NCBI GenBank assembly: GCA_965285935.1
Contig: OZ260663.1
Location: 23,498,001-23,562,000 of the forward strand
Source of the DNA: Ophelia neglecta
Lineage: Eukaryota
Direction: 5' to 3'
Length of the DNA stretch: 64,000 nucleotides
Part shown: piece after piece, positions 26,612 to 42,520 of the stretch
Layout of the letters: the number at the start of each line of letters is the position of its first letter
Position numbering within the stretch: the first letter of the stretch is position 1
Notes under the pieces: model-generated
Told to the model about the DNA's origin: nothing
What the model saw: only the letters and a program-made list of their open reading frames with translations
The model's database searches: none
Position numbers and translations under genes: made by a program

Positions 26612-29600
26612 CCTTTATTAGTTAGGCACCATTAGATAACTGAGGAGGGGATAGAAGATTTGTGAGAAACAAGAGGTGGGCCATATTGGAATAAAAAAGG
26701 TTTGTATCCCAACCATTAGAAAAACAATGGTGACTCTGGGCCAAAAGTTAGGCGTAGTAAAACAAATTTCATTTTTTGGCACTCAAAAAAACGGCTGTGA
26801 AGACAAAATTGCATGTTTACGATAACTTTTAAAGGGTCTTTGACAGTACTTTTCTAGAAACTCCCACCCCACGCCATGCCCCACCGCCGTCCAGCCCAGT
26901 TATTTAATGATTTGTAAAATGTTATCTAAAAAATGTTTTCTGATAAAAGTGTTTTGACAGGTTCTAACGATGTTCGTATTAATATCACAGGTTTATAATT
27001 AAATTTTCTCCATCATGGTTTTCTACCAGACCATGTCAGTCGATATACGGTGTATGGTCCTCTCTCAGAGGAAGGATTAGGGAACAACAGGACTTCTCAC
27101 CGTGACAATTGACAAGGTTTAGTTTTCTCATTTAAGAATAGCCCTTACAATAAAATAACTTAGATCCCGGGGCTAAACCGTGCGTGTTGATAATGTAGTC
27201 GGGTGTTTCGATTCGGCAGAATTCGGTTTCTGTCCGGGTGAACCTGTTGTAAAATAATGTAAGAACAATGAGTGTTATGTTCTATCTTACACAAGTGGTT
27301 ATTTCAGTACAACTTAAGCCGTGTGTTGTAGATTGTATTGGGTAGACCGAGTTGTCATACCTGGGCGACACTAAGGTATATGGACTCGGGAGTATTTTCA
27401 AATTAAATCAGACAACCGTGGGTAAGATATATGAGCCGGAGAAAAGCGACCCATACATTGTGCTGAGTAAAGGAAGGGATTGCTGCACTCAGACAAGTCG
27501 TCTCCAATAGAGGGCTGGGGAACGTCACATTTTACACACAACTAGGACTCATCTGCATTGGTTACAAATTAATGGGTCTCTTGTGCACCGCCAATTCTTC
27601 TCTCGCACTTTGAAGTAGGGTCGCTGGGTGACTCGGGGGCAAAGCTAGGCTAACTTAACTCAGCGAGTCGGCGCCGACTCGGGCAAAACTTGTATTCCTC
27701 AGTTCACGTTGAGCATCTGGAGTTCAGAGGCGTGGGAGCATCTTCACAACTGCTCAACTCGGCTGATTTCAGTCAGTTCAGAGCGGTGCAGCACAAAGGC
27801 GAGAGCAGCTTATCAAGCTAAGTGAAGGTATTTTGGCTCATGATGGACGGCCATTTCGCGTCCGTAATGGTGTGTATAATTAACGGTTTAGAGAAAAGCC
27901 GCCTGGCCTGGGCTCAAGTTATCAATTTCACTTCGTTTACGATTAATTATAATATTAACCGCCTCACAGAAACTCCCCAGATGCTTGCATCTTTAAAATC
28001 ATACAATTATCTGAAACTTAAAAACGCCCCGAACTTTGATGTTGCCGGTCCTTAGCGGTACACTATTCCCGTGTTAACAAAGCTATCGACGGTGTTTAGA
28101 ATATAAAAGCCACAAAACTGTGAACGTAAAATTAGGTCAGTTGAATCTTTTATCTATATTAACAAGACTAACATTCTTTCACATTTAGCTTTAATAAAAA
28201 AAAACACAAAAAAAGCACAACTCTGCACCCCTTCTAACATAAAATACAATTTTATACATCGTTATTTTGACAAAACAATATTTTTCCCGAGCAAATCACC
28301 ATGAAGTTATGTAATTGCATATTTATCTAACTTCACAAACCAGAAGATTTACGATAGCTTTATTAAATGTCTTACTTTACATAAAACACCAATAAAGTTG
28401 GATGGGAATGAAGTTAACCAGGCCAATGATAGTCCCAGGAACCAAACATGTGTATACTCCAGGCAACTGGTGTCCTAAATGGGTCATTGCTGCGTCATGA
28501 CAAAGGTTGATCTTCCTGGTATCATCATCCTCGGACCACGATGAAACTTCGAATGATAGACACCGGTTACCGGTTTCACCCTTCATGATTGTCGATAAAC
28601 ATTGATAGGTATTAAACAATCATTCTGGTTAGAACTTTAGTCTACCAGTGGTATGTGTATGACACCGTGGTGTCCATAAAGTTTTGAAGAACACGCAACA
28701 CAAGATACGAATAACAACTTAATGGGTGATCTACTGAACCAATTGATTCTCCTGTTTATTGAAGCACCATGTCCGTTGAATGTTCATTCATTTTAATTAA
28801 GATTTTCGCTCAAATCTATGTCGGCTCTCGTCTCAATAAATTGAATTGTAGTCATCAAAGATGGGTCCAGTCCCGTTTCCTTCAGGCTAGGCAGCATTTT
28901 AAGGCATAGATAACCTTGGACGGGACAAAACCGTTTATTGTCATCAACATACATTGTACTGCTACCCTTTCTCTTTCTCTGTCTATTAAGATGTTTTATC
29001 TCGTATCGGGTGAGTTAATTGATCCACGGACGCTTAGCGATGATGTAAAGGAATGAATTTGGTTTTCACCAGAGATATTGAGTAGCAGTTTTCACAGAGT
29101 AAGAGACTCAGATATTGAGTAACAGCCTATGAACACTTAATCGTGAGCTAGCTGAGGGTGGATTTAGAGGGCCAGGGTTCAGGATTCCCCTTTATTGATA
29201 GGTCCCTTCATATAACTATAATCTAACAGGGTGGATGTGGTGCCTCCAATACCCCCCCCCCCCCCACCCACCCACCCCTCAACGCTTTGTGAGCTGACCA
29301 GCTCTTTAGAACCATTCTCGGTGGGGCTACCCACTTCACTGTTTTCATCTTTTCAGGTCCATGGAGCATAATCCGACTGAGCCCCTTGAAGTAGACCCCC
29401 TCTCCACAGTTTACCCGCTTTGGCCACTAGCCAGCTGGCAATTCGGGGAGAAGAGGGTCCACTTCGAAGAGCCACCAGTCGAATGACGATAAATGGGTTA
29501 TTTTCATCTTCATGGATGGATCGCGTCAGCGAAGGTTGGCAACACCACCGACAATGGTCCTAAACGACCTCTTATCGCTGAGTACACTGTTATTATAGCG

Positions 29601-30268
29601 GCACTTGCCTCTAGTGGCTTGTTTGACACGCATCCTCCTCAAATTACCCACAAGCCATCAGCCATAATGACGGATGGTTTGCTCAAATCGCTCCGATGGC
29701 TTGGACAGTTTTGACTCATTTTCCTGCTGTTAATGGCGGACTATATGAATGTTGGTCTCTCAGTCCGCCTAAAAACCTGAGCCATGAAGGCATACAACAA
29801 CTTGTATCGGTGAAGTGTCATATTCTATATACTCGAGTATTAATAACGCAAGAATCTCACCACAGTACACGTTGTTTTCAAGAGAAATATACCAGACATA
29901 GAGAGCTAAGATAGTTTGCCTGAAGGTGAATACGCTCAAAACAAATAGAGATAAATTATATTAAATGAATAATTTTAACATTCACTAGTCCTCACTTTAG
30001 CTACTGACAATCATTCCGACTCACCCTGTTAAGCTGTGTCAGTAAAAGGTGATTAATGACTCGGTATTAATGACGCGTCATTCTTGTTGTCTATTACGAT
30101 GTCTTACACAATTCACGCTTTATATTAGCACCAAGGGCTCCTAAATGCATCATTGTAACGGAAGCTTTTTCCATTTAATGTTTTTTTTCAGACACGTTTA
30201 TTGAGGCTTCTATCTACATACATATTCAATACTTTTACCCGGGGACTATTCTATGTATTTCATATATA

Positions 30269-30446
30269 CAGTGAAACCTGTGAATTAAGACCACCAAAGG
30301 GACAGGAATATGCTGGTCTGATTTTGGATGTGGTCTGATCAGACAGGTTATTTAACATTGAAAGTAAAGAGCAAGATTCTCATATTAGTGGTCTGAATTG
30401 ACAGGTGGTCTGATTATAGAGGTGGTCTTTATGGCAGGTTTAACTG
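30269..30446. mobile_element. Tc1/mariner-pogo-type MITE, 178 bp, TA TSD
   Basis: TA|CAGTGAAACCTG ... CAGGTTTAACTG|TA with internal GTGGTCTGA repeats; an inverted homologue lies at 50157-50343. Confidence 0.85.
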
Positions 30447-33400
30447 TACATTGTTCTCTATCTGTCCTTGTAATGTCCCTGAACCGGTCAGCATTAAGTG
30501 ATAATGTCTGAGAAGAATTCTCAGCTATTATCTCCTTTAAAACATTTTTCTATGATGACTGAAGTTTTTTTAATATGTAATTTCGCTCCGATTTCCCGCG
30601 TTTTATTGACATCTGCTTAGATTGTCGTCTGCTTGTATTTTTCAGTCAAACTCGTTTACCTCCCGAACCGAGAGAGACGTGAATGTGGCTTTGTTGCTGT
30701 TTACCTTTGCTTCATGTTACGTTCGCCTTTTAGAACTATTCCCAAACCCTACAGCAACTTGACAGTTAAGTTCTATTACAGATGGCTTATATGTTCAACT
30801 CTAGCCTAGAAATCCACAGGACCGCTAGCCACTAAATTAGTTCCCTGACGTGTCTCTAGATGTCGTGATAGGCTGCGTTATCTGCTAAATTAAAGTAACC
30901 TGCTTGAAAATTTGGCACGCTGACCTCTCTTGCCGGGAGCCCGACCGCTTTCACCAGACGATTTGTGCCAGAGGCAGTTGATAGAGGGAGGGAAAAAGAA
31001 AAATGGAAAGTGTTGACATTAATACATTTAACCCTCTAACCTATACACAGCAAGCAGACGACAGCATGGTACCAAAGCGAGGCTGGCACAAAATGGTAGA
31101 TTTCGCGCGTTAACGAGAAAAACAAAAAGAGTCTCCAGAGGAGACGCTCTGCATTTAAGAGGCGCGCGTACACTAAAATAAAGTTTATTACTGTAGACCT
31201 TTCTAAGCACCCCAAAAAGTCTTGTTAAAAAAGACTTGATGAAAATCGGCTTAACCTCTCGAAAAATTGACTGGACACCCGGTGTTTAATCATTCATATA
31301 TTAGGCGCATGTATTGATATTGAATAAATTAATGATATGGGAACTAATTTCCTCCTGTCTGGCGCCGCAATCTTCAAGAATGTTCCAAAACTCAAACTTA
31401 AATTGTAACGATAAAAGCATTATCGCCATACCATGATACCAGTAGGCCACCGCTAGGCCTGTAACCAGTTGATTTAATGAGAGTTTCCATCACCAATTAC
31501 CTGAGGCGTGGGTCTATCGTTAATGAACGTGCATGCTGCACAAATATGTTTCTTGTAGGCCGCTGAAAATTAGAGAAAGAGTGAAAATGATATTGCTTTG
31601 ATAACGACCCATGAAGACTAGTTACCGAGAACTTTGAAGGTCTTGTCTGAGTGAGACAAATTGATACAAAAAAAGCATCTGCTGAAATAACCACTATGAT
31701 TCTGTATATTCGTGCTACGTTTAGAATGCGGCAGAAGCTGTGACTTCCGGGTCAAACTGCGGTGGGTCGCTCAGACAGGGTTTTACCCCTATTGCCTCTC
31801 ACTCATAACGGCATCTGGGTACAGTATCGAATTTTACAGAACTATAATACATAGGTGAACTAAGATAGTAAACAACTGACCTACTTACATGTCGAACGCC
31901 GGTGGCGAACACATGCGCGAGGCCGGCGACACTTATTTTGGTAGACAGTTCGGCCACTGCACGTGTCAAAGCTTGGCCGGTCACAAAAATCTAAGCTTTA
32001 TGATTTTATAATCTGAACAAGCTGTTATTTGAAAGGTCAACAAAGGGTTAGCAACTTGTCAGTGATGGTTAAAAGTTTAATAAAGTCCATCTCATCCATT
32101 CATAATTAAAAGGCTCGACGATTTGGATATTTTAATTTGACAGATATGATCTTCAATGACAACATTATATCCATTTATCGAAGATCTTATCGAAATGACA
32201 ATGTATCTCTGTCTCATTAATATTCGATGAGACGGATATTTCTGTCTGGTCTCTTCTTTACCAGGCTACATCGTTGCACTACTGTTTGATAGGATCCAAT
32301 GTCGGGTTAAATTCTAGATTTGCTCGTGCTTGGTCGTAAATATGAACTTTTATTGAGTTTAATCGTTCCATCTCTGGGTGCTGTTCTTTATCTGCCTAAA
32401 TCAGTCGTAAGCCACCTTTATGAAAATGATTCACTGTCATCGGCAGGAACGCGTCATGATAACGCCGATTATCGCGAGAAATCAAACTCACGTGATTCAG
32501 ATAAGGCTAATATGCAGTTTTGAAAGGAGTGTTCATGAGCTTAATTTCCACCAGTCAAGATAGGCATCATCACTACACGGGTTTAATTAAAAGCTCCGAG
32601 TAAATCCACGGTTTCAGAACCATAAACGTCAGAACACTTTTAATATAATAAACAATCCGCTTGCATTAATTTACATGTAGAGGATTAGAGGCACCTTTAT
32701 TAAATCCTCAAGCGTGCCAAAAGTTAGTAGGTTAAAGTAAGTTCGCATGTAAAAATCATGGCGTACACGACAGCAGGGATCGTACCCCAAGGCAGGACGT
32801 AAACATAAACGTAATCAAATGTAGCTAAGAGCCTAAATTATTTCCTAAAAAGCAGCACATTGCGCAAGCCTCTAAAAGTCTCAGCGAAGTCACCATAAGC
32901 CTATGCCTACTGAACGATACACAATGGTACCATTTAAGCAATATTTTTAAAAGGCAAGAAACGTTCTGAAAAACGCAAAAAATTGTATACTGTTGATGTT
33001 TGTAAATAAACTGATATACAGCGAAAGTCGTGGTCAACAATTTACCTAATTATTACAAACTCATTCCGCTGATCATTTCTTGGGAATTTAGTATTTGATT
33101 TAATCAACACTGACGAGTTTTCCCGCCCTTTTTGGGCGGCAGACGACCAGAAACTTATCTTTTCCTGTTTGATCCGTAATAAAAATATCAGGGGGCGGTG
33201 CAGGGCGATGTTTCTCACATTACCACTCACTGTTTTCGCTTTGAGCTTTATCAAAATATTACCATGATATGTGGATATGAAGCTGATTTCCACGATATCT
33301 ACCACAGAAAATACGTCACACGTGGACATGAAATGCGAGGTATGAAAATTAAGAAATGGCTCCATTATGAGGTAATCGAGTTTAATAGTTGTGGTGATTT

Positions 33401-36400
33401 CTGCTTGATAAGCGGGATTGCCTTTCAACCCCCTACCTCATGCCTAAGTCAAAACGGAGCGATAATTCAGTAGTTATCCGCCTTTTATTAGCCAAGCATT
33501 TCTCGTAATAGGAACGCTCAACATGGCGGTGATCCGTGGTAATATCAAATGGTAGAGTAGATAAGTCGTATAATGTGGCGCCAGAATATGACAAAACACT
33601 ATGTGTGCTGTCTGCATCGCTAGATTGCACCCTTCTTTTGAAGATGTGTGGTAATTAAGTGAATTAATGTGTTTTGTGTATTTACGAATTCACAAACGAA
33701 ATGTTAAACATAATGTGACACCATATATATCCTTATTTTGTACATACGGTTGTAAAAGTTCGCATCAATGAAAAACAATGGTATTTTTCTGATAGCAGTC
33801 TAACTGTAGGCAGTCGTCCAAGTGTATCAGCCATTCTTCTAGATAGAAACCCACCGCCGAATGATGATGGCGTCATCATATCATAATACAGGTTTTTTCT
33901 TCAATAATATATGATATTAGTCCCTCTGGGTTTGAAGTGGTTATTTGTTTGGGAACCAATTGAATATCATGATAAATACTTCATTAATTACTAATATTAC
34001 TATTAGAATTATTTTTATTTTTATTATCAATGCTTTAATAGTTAAATTTTTCGGGGTTTAACCTCCTGGAAGATCGACGGCCGGAAGTGAGTACTTGGAA
34101 ACTTTTAGGAAATTTGTCTATAGTAGGTTAAAATTTATGGAGAGAATGGTAGAAATACCCATTGAAATACTCATTAAGATGTCCAGATGTGAGCTCGGAA
34201 CGAACAATTTTAACATATTGTATGTCTTCGCCACTGTAACAGGCTGTGTTTACAGCTATGCTTCACTATTTGTTATTTAAAGCTACGCGACATAATTCTT
34301 GCCCACTTTATCATGCAGATCTACCATCTAGATCGGAGGCATAAAGAAATTTCAGAAATTAGTTGCCTTACAGTATATTGAATATGGCAGCTGGTGTGTC
34401 ACAGCGGGGTTGTGAATACTTCTCGCTGATTTATATCATCTATTACACCTAATTATGCCTTGGAAAGTCACATTTATTTTTAAGTGGCAGAAATCAGCCC
34501 TGATTGGAAAGGTGGTGCCGAAATAAAACCCTATTTTGTTGTCACTACATGACATAAAGTCCTCAATGTACCCCCATGAATGGGCAAGGCACTTAGATAA
34601 CAGCCTACAAGAAAAAACCGATTCTACATTTTTAGTGGCAATAAAACGGTAATCAATCAGTTATTTTATTAGCATTGTTAATCATTCCATTTAGATACTA
34701 GAAGTTAATAGCTTCAGCACTTACCTTTTTTTGGGAAACACCACCGAAAGACAAAACTACACTCACTTAAAAATTTCATTTTGTAATTAACCCAGGACGT
34801 TTAACCGGTAAAGATGCCCCAGTAAAGATGCCATAGATATCCTATTAAAGGTGGGCAATTTCAGGCTTCGTTTAATTCGTCGCAGTAAGTGTCCTTATTC
34901 TACGCACTTTATATCTATGCGAACTAAGATCTCATACAGCGCAGATAGAAGAATTGCGGGTAATTGCCTTACTGTATCGATTATGCCGCATTTTGGGTAA
35001 TTTGATATATTAATTTCAATAAACATTGTCGAATCCACAGGCCCTAGACGGAAACAGGATTTAGGTATACGTGAAGCTATAATGTGGATAAGATTGGGGG
35101 GGGGGGGGGGGCGGGGTTCTCCACCCCAGGTATAGAGGATTGTCTCCTGCATGGAAGGGGACCCAACCCCCGGGAACCAACCTCACACCAAGACCTAAAC
35201 CGGAACAGCTTCTAAGCCCATGTGAGCCCTGGCCGCTCAGACACCTCTAGCTACCATAAGCCCGCCATGGTCCACATAGCGCCAAATAAGGTTGAGTAGA
35301 TAGATGTTTGCCCTGCAATATCTTATTATAATTCTTTTTTGTTGCAAAGAAATAAAGACCAAATATCTATTCGGCAAAAGGGTAAACTGGCTACCAGACA
35401 AATGACGTTCATATGGTAATACCGTATGGCAGTAGCTTATTATTGTAGGTGCTCGAGCTAATTTAAATGGACTGTATGTGTTTTGAACCAGCAAATCTCA
35501 TAGAAAATAACACTCAAATCGTCGGGATTATAACATCATAATAAAATCGACAAATACCGACTATTTTAAGCATATAAGGAAGCAAATGTTTGTTGTCGGA
35601 AGGGCGGGGGGTATTCAAGGTTTTTTCATACTTTCTTGGCTGTTTATCCGAGATGCGTAACTACAAACTTCATTCACATCAGGACAAGAAGGAGCCATCA
35701 ATAGCAAACATGAACCAGGTGCACGGGGAATAGTCTACTTTGCTGATTAAACTGGTTTCAATTTATATATAAAACCGACCGTGCAGGTGTCAGGGACTAT
35801 ACGGAGGACATGGGTAAGTTTATAAACCAAACAACCTATACAGTAGTTATGGCAGTCTTTCCACCACCACCGCACACCCTTTCATATTCTCATACCCTGG
35901 AACTACACGTATATAGTCCCGAATATTCTCACATTGATGCGCATATAAAATTAGACGCCGTGTTCTAGCCATGAAGACAAAAGTTATGAATTGATGGCAT
36001 TCTGGAGAAAAAACTCTCCACGTCAAGAATCTTTGTACGAAAATAATTCAATGATTTATTAAACAAACGATATGAGTTACCCTGGATATGATCCCTCTCC
36101 CGTACACAAGAAAGCAGACGACTTTTGACGAATCGCTTGTAATGTGGACTTTGTCATTCCCGCTCTCATGAATCTCTCTCAGTGGCACTCATTCATGACA
36201 TTACTCCAGTGGAATGACAGGATGTTACGGCTAGCTTTACATATAATTTAAAAAATAAACTTTGTCACAAACAATTGACATTGGAAGTTACGTTATCATT
36301 CATTGAGGAGTAAAGTGAAAAATTGCCCCCCAAAGGGAAATGTGCGTTAGATACATGCCCTACACACCCACTCTTCGGTTAATGTTTCAGATCGCCAAAG

Positions 36401-38559
36401 AAATTTCTTAAATTGGATATCATGAATTGCATGTATAACTTTTTCGAGAATTGACACCTCATACTACCAGTGAATGGGATTGTAATTAAAACATGTACAT
36501 AATTATTACTTTTGATAATTGCGGAGTGATATAAGAAAACGCCAGACGATCTGTCTGTATGCACTATTTGTTTACACTAACAGTAGAGACACACCGAATA
36601 CACAAACAGTTATCATTGAAACCCAAACTGGTCACGTTTAAAATATAAATTCAAATCATGAACAGTTCTAAATATGCCCCAACCAAAGGCCGATTATCCC
36701 ACAATAGCTACACCGGATGTAGATTTTGAAACAGACATATCTGTAACTATCGTTTTGGATGCAAAACTAGGATAGCTGTCATAGGTAGGCTTATAGATAT
36801 TTTAAATAAGACTATCATATATACACTTTAACATATCGATCCCTTTTTAATGGTAAAATGCTAAATGTGACCTCGCTAACTCTTTTGATAAGGACTTCCG
36901 GCTGAATTTAGCCGTCTTCCACAGACAACAAACCCCACACCACCCCACTCACAAACCAACCTCTAGTACATGTGGTCAGACGCCGTTGGGGATGGCTGTG
37001 TCCCGGCGCCGGTGGTTCACCTCCGGGGAGACCAATCGCTCCTTCTCCTTCATCCATCACTATCCTCATTATTAATATTTCATATTTCATATCATGACTA
37101 TTACTTTTTCGCCTATAGTTATAAATGCCGAGGGGTGGGGGCTATCTGTAGTATACCTCGGCGGTTGCTTATCCATGTCGAATATTTTATAGACTACATA
37201 GACAATCTTTACATGACTTTGAAAGCCTGTTTATAAGTTGTATTGAGGTCACATTCTACTTGTAAGTCGGCTGTAAATAAATATCCAGTATAAACCAAAC
37301 CCCATGGTTAGTTTCACATTTGACCGCAAATGGATCAAACAGAGCAGGCATATTCAAAGTGTTTGCTGGAAGGATTTTCCTAACCCTTTTGTGCCTTAAC
37401 CACAGAGTTGTTTCTCTGATGGCTACTGCCTGATGCCTCGTGCTCTCCGACTACCGGGCGATGGCTGAAGATAGTTTGTACCCTGCACGGCGTAATCACA
37501 TTTACATTAAATGTTTGCCCGGACAGCTAAAGCTGATGGAATTCACAGCATGAAGGGTCCACATATTTCATAGTTATATACGCATTGGAGGCTTCGGTTC
37601 CTTCATGGGAGGCTATCTGTTTGTTTCGGGGGATTTTTCGAGGCCATTATGAGATATTTTTGAAGACCTTTCTGTGAAGAGATCCTCGCCGAGGCAAGGC
37701 ATCATGGTTCATTCAGTTTCTACGCAGATAAGCTTTAGGCCTATCCGAGGCCTATCATTATAATTATGATCGACAGTCTGCATGTAGTCATCTGCATTGT
37801 CGATGAAAACCGATAGGGAATGGGCGATAATAAACAATGATGACATTTCAATGGTATTACTTCCGCCGTAGTGCGCTAAGGACAAAATTCACAATAGGCG
37901 TGCCAATAATTTTCGTTGGATGAAAAAGAATAATGTTCACGATTGCACGTGTAAGAGATAACGGCTCCTTTCAGCGGCTCTAGAGACGTTTGTATCAGCT
38001 TTACTATGTGAATTAGGCGGAAATATCTCGCGTTATAACGGATGTTCACTCAAACATTATCATGATAAGAGCTAGGCCTATTGAAAACTCGTCTGGTCGC
38101 GGATGAACCTTCATATTTTTCTGTCAAAATGTCATCCAAATGACCCTTTGAATAGATGGTTAATCAGGAAATGGCCAGGCTCGGGTCCATCATATGGACT
38201 CATCTGCGCATGGATAAAGTAAGTATTATTCAGCCTGATTCGCTCTGAAACTTCTTCGTAACTATCCCCATTTCAATAGAAAACATGCTATAAAGGACCG
38301 AAGCCAACATACATAAAAAGCTGAAATAAAGCGTTTAATTATAAAAAAATACATTAGCTATGGAAAAAATCTGGGAACTATCGCCTTAAAAGCGACCCAA
38401 TATTAGAGCTAGTGAGACTCTCATTGCCGCAGATGATACACCAAGATAAAGCGTAAAGTGCGGTAATTTTGCGCTTTTTAACCTCCCCCCCCCCCCCCCC
38501 CAAGTAGTCTAATTGCACACATATAACATAAGACTTTCAATTCCGCTCGGTAAGTTGAC

Positions 38560-38730
38560 TTATTGAGTAATTCCGCGCATAGTGTAAACGCAAGCATGCG
38601 GTTTTCCGTATAGTTTAATTTTCGGCGTGCATGTAGTGAGTGGCCGCATTCTGCGCACAGCCCTTAGTTCCGGCATAGGGCTATACTTACTGCGCGGAAT
38701 TTAACGGTGCGCGGAGTTACTTGACTTAAG
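38560..38730. mobile_element. Small foldback/MITE-like inverted repeat
   Basis: AGTAATTCCGCGCA (~38567) is inverted against TGCGCGGAGTTACT (~38708); extra TGCGCGGAAT / ATTCTGCGCA copies lie inside. Confidence 0.4.
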
Positions 38731-41700
38731 CCTATCTACAATAAGTAACATACAGGAAGGTAGTTAACGATGTTATATAATATTAAAGGCTCCAGTTGTG
38801 GGAAGCGAGCGTATAGATGGTGTAGAGTCAGACCTGTGTTCGATCAAAGATGACACACGTTAAGTGTTTACTACTCATCTTGAAGGACTCCATTAATCAA
38901 CATATCCGAAGTTCTTCTTCTAATCTTTGGGTTGGTGGCATCGTATTGGCATTTAGATGCAAAATATAATCCACCTATAATTACCGGGGCGTAGTTGATT
39001 TTCCTCGAGCGTGGTTCTAATGAGTGCCTAGCGGGCAAAATCGCTTACCAGCTCGCCGTGATCGGGGATCACTTTCAAATAACTTGCTAGCTATAAATAC
39101 TGATCGGTAGATGGCTTGTCTGAGGGTGTAAAGAGGATCTATGTAAGCTTCCGACCTGATCCCCCCGACCCCGGCCGCTAAATGAAGATATATGCTCACT
39201 ACCCGACCCTGTCACTCCCGAGTAATGCGGCGCGGATAAATATCGTTCTGTGTTTTGACTAGCGAGGCGGGACTCTGCTACTCAAACGGCAGACGCATGT
39301 GTTTCTGCTCCCCCAGCTCTTTATCTCTTAATTTGCTCAAAACGAGAGTATAACAATGTTAGCGGAACCTTTTGACTTGACGACCTCCTACTAATTGAGC
39401 TTGAGCAAGATAGACTGCCACGGCGGCAACCCAAGAGGAGACAGACACTTGGAAGTATTTCAACTTTCTAAGCAGACGATCGGGTCGTCAGTTTTCATGT
39501 CTCAAGGCGCCAACAGTGAATATTATAGAGAATTCGAGCGATGTCCGGAAAAAAGGAGAGAGTTAGACAAGCGCTTCTGCAGCGGCATAATAAAAATATC
39601 TCCAAATGACAGATTTCAATCAAAAAGTATATCTTTTTACGACCAATGATCGCTTCATGTCTATATAGACAATGTGTGCAATTTTAAACGAATGATGCCA
39701 TAGAGACCAATTGGTGACATACTTTTACGTAAGCTATGTACTTACTTGTAGTTTAAGAATAATGTTTACGAATAAGCCTGTCAAGGCAACATGTAAACTA
39801 TCAAAGATATATAGGCCTATAGGTTGAAGCCTCACTATTTGATAAAATGGTAACGGCTGGATAAGGGTTTTCAACTAGCCTGCCATGCTGTATCTAATAG
39901 CTCAATAGCTATATCTGTGGCTGAGCGGCTAGGGCCAACGTGCCCTAGGGTAATTGATTTAAAATTAACTGAATAAATAAGCAGCGCTAAGATATATATC
40001 CCACCCAGTTGATTTATACCAGCCCCAGTTTAAGTCTGTGGAAGCAACGAATCTGTAATCAGATGAACTTACGACGTGCTCAAACGGCGAACGCTAATTG
40101 GTTCAGAACTCAAATGCGGCTTGGCTCCACGTTAGTTCTAGGGTAATAAGTGCGCTATAACGGATATGATATTTTTCAGGTTTTCTCCAAGGAGGGCCCT
40201 CTGTGCAAAAAAGGCCGCATAGTAGGGTACTTCTTTAAATTAGCAGCCGATCTTTATTACAGAGGCTATATTATTTGTTAATCTGGACTTTATTGGGGAT
40301 AGCAGAGACAAATGTTCACAATATGATATAGAAATAAAGCACCTTTGTAATAAAGGAAAGTTTTCTGAAGTTTAAACAATAGACCTATCACTGCAAAGCA
40401 CTTGGGTGCCCCAGAGCAGACGGTGATTTATATAAGTGAGAGGAGGTCGTTTCGATAACAACTCTGTGGCATTATTTCTCTGGGGTTACTGAGACTGAAT
40501 GTACTTTTCCAAATTATAAGAGGCAATTGAAGGCATTTCTATTTGGTAATGATGTTGATGAGTGATAAACCTGGTTTGTTCTTGCTGTTACATTGCACTT
40601 GACACTGTTGTAATGATAAGCATATAATGATGATTTGTAGTAAGTAAGCCAGTCAAATTAAATTAATCTGTATTTACTGATAGGAAACATATCCCATTTA
40701 GGGATCTTTCCTCTTTGCTTCATGTGATATATACTTTACTATAACCATTTAACTGTATATTTGTCTCATATTGAACAATAAACAATTTGACTTGAACCCA
40801 TTATATAGCCCATATGTCACATTCTCGTTCACCAGTGTAAATCAAGCCATGGAGCTTCTCTGGTTCATAACCCCTGCATCTTGTGGATAAGAGGCCAAAC
40901 GTTCGGCTTCGCGAAGATCTCCGACCGGCTCCGGGTCATATGAAAAGGTCACATGACACATCCGACCAATCAAAAGACGAAATACAAAATGATATTCCAT
41001 ATGTTGCTTGTTTTTATGGATCTCGTTCGAATAATATGATCCAGTAAACATTGACTAATTCGGATAAGTCTAGTCTAGGAAACCAATTGTTTTGTTTTTT
41101 TTGCTAGTTATGTTGTCTTCGCAAGCAGTCCCTGTGGCGTCTGATATCGCTTCCTGACAGCTTCATGGGAATTATATCAAAGTAGTATACCTGACACAAT
41201 CGGCGTTTACAAGGCACCTTCTCAATGGTGGGTTTATTGGCTAACCGAAGATGAACAGAGCGCTGGAAATTCCCCGACAATCATCAACAAACATCGGGCC
41301 CTTTAAGCTATGCTGACATTGGTGAGTTTTGAAATACGTCACAGGTCAAAGGTGCCTGGCCCGGAGTTATAAGTCAAGGCATCGCCCGAATAACTTAATG
41401 CAATGGTTGTGACAGGGGTGCCGTCAGAGGTGACGATGCATTTGTAAAGCTGTAAAGGGGTTTGATTTCAAGTGGCTCGGAGCCGGGGTCAACGCTGTCC
41501 TCATTTAAAAAAAGCAAGTGTCAACAGTGATATGGGCCGCACCACTTGTAAGAGCTCTGTATGTAGGCATGGGCATAATACACATACATATTTTTGAAAA
41601 GCAACATTATATTTCTAAAAAAAATGCAACATTCTCAAAGTGACATCCGATATGTAAATGTGTAAGACAAATCTAGCGATTTTCTTCATAAGTTAAAATG

Positions 41701-41842
41701 TCCTCGAGGATTGGATTGCGATACTTATCGCAACGACATTTTGTCTCGTAAGTAGAAGAAAGAAAGTCGCATCGCCTAAGAAGTTTAGTTTCGTAGACTG
41801 TCTGTAGAACGATGAGGCTGGCCTGCGCGGTCTTCCTTCTTA

Positions 41843-42520
41843 TGGGTATACATGGGTAAAATTCTGAAATCCGACACGATCGACTCGACCCATTTAAAAA
41901 ATGGACCCACAATGTTTTGAATAGACCGCGACACACCTATTTCTAAGCCTTATCTTCTGACACACGGTACACATATAATCCCTTAAATATTGACACCGGA
42001 ACGGCGATATATACTAAAAGCTGACACAGGAAATCAGGGTTTTTTTAAATCTCACACGCAACCCAATTAAAAAAACCGCCAGTTCTCTATTGAAAACATG
42101 CTGGTTGCCCGCCGGATAATACTCTCCAGCATTTTATAGGCCTACGGACTGCAAACCACTGTAGCGCAAGAACGGAGTATCAGCGCAATAATCCCTACTA
42201 GGTTGCAAGTATCTAATATCTAAATATCTGCAGTCTGCACACTGGCCCGCCCTACAACCTTTATATAACATTTGACTTGGTAGAGGACTGGCGCATCTTC
42301 CACTTTATTGTGAATGCATGACATTAATACATTGACACATGCAAGAATTAACTCGCTTAAATTTCCACCCACTACACATTTGTTTTATTTCGTCACCCAA
42401 AACTAAAATTATCTTAAATATAGACACAAAACAGATGTTTTCTTAAACATTGTCACACGACATTTCCTTCAATATTGACAGTCTGACATATCCCCCATAT
42501 TGGGGACCCATGCATACCCC
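41843..42520. mobile_element. ~680-bp MITE with GGGTATRCATGGGT TIRs and internal TGACAC repeats
   Basis: GGGTATACATGGGT (41844-41857) is inverted against ACCCATGCATACCC (42506-42519); TA flanks both sides; many (C/T)GACAC motifs inside. Confidence 0.6.
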
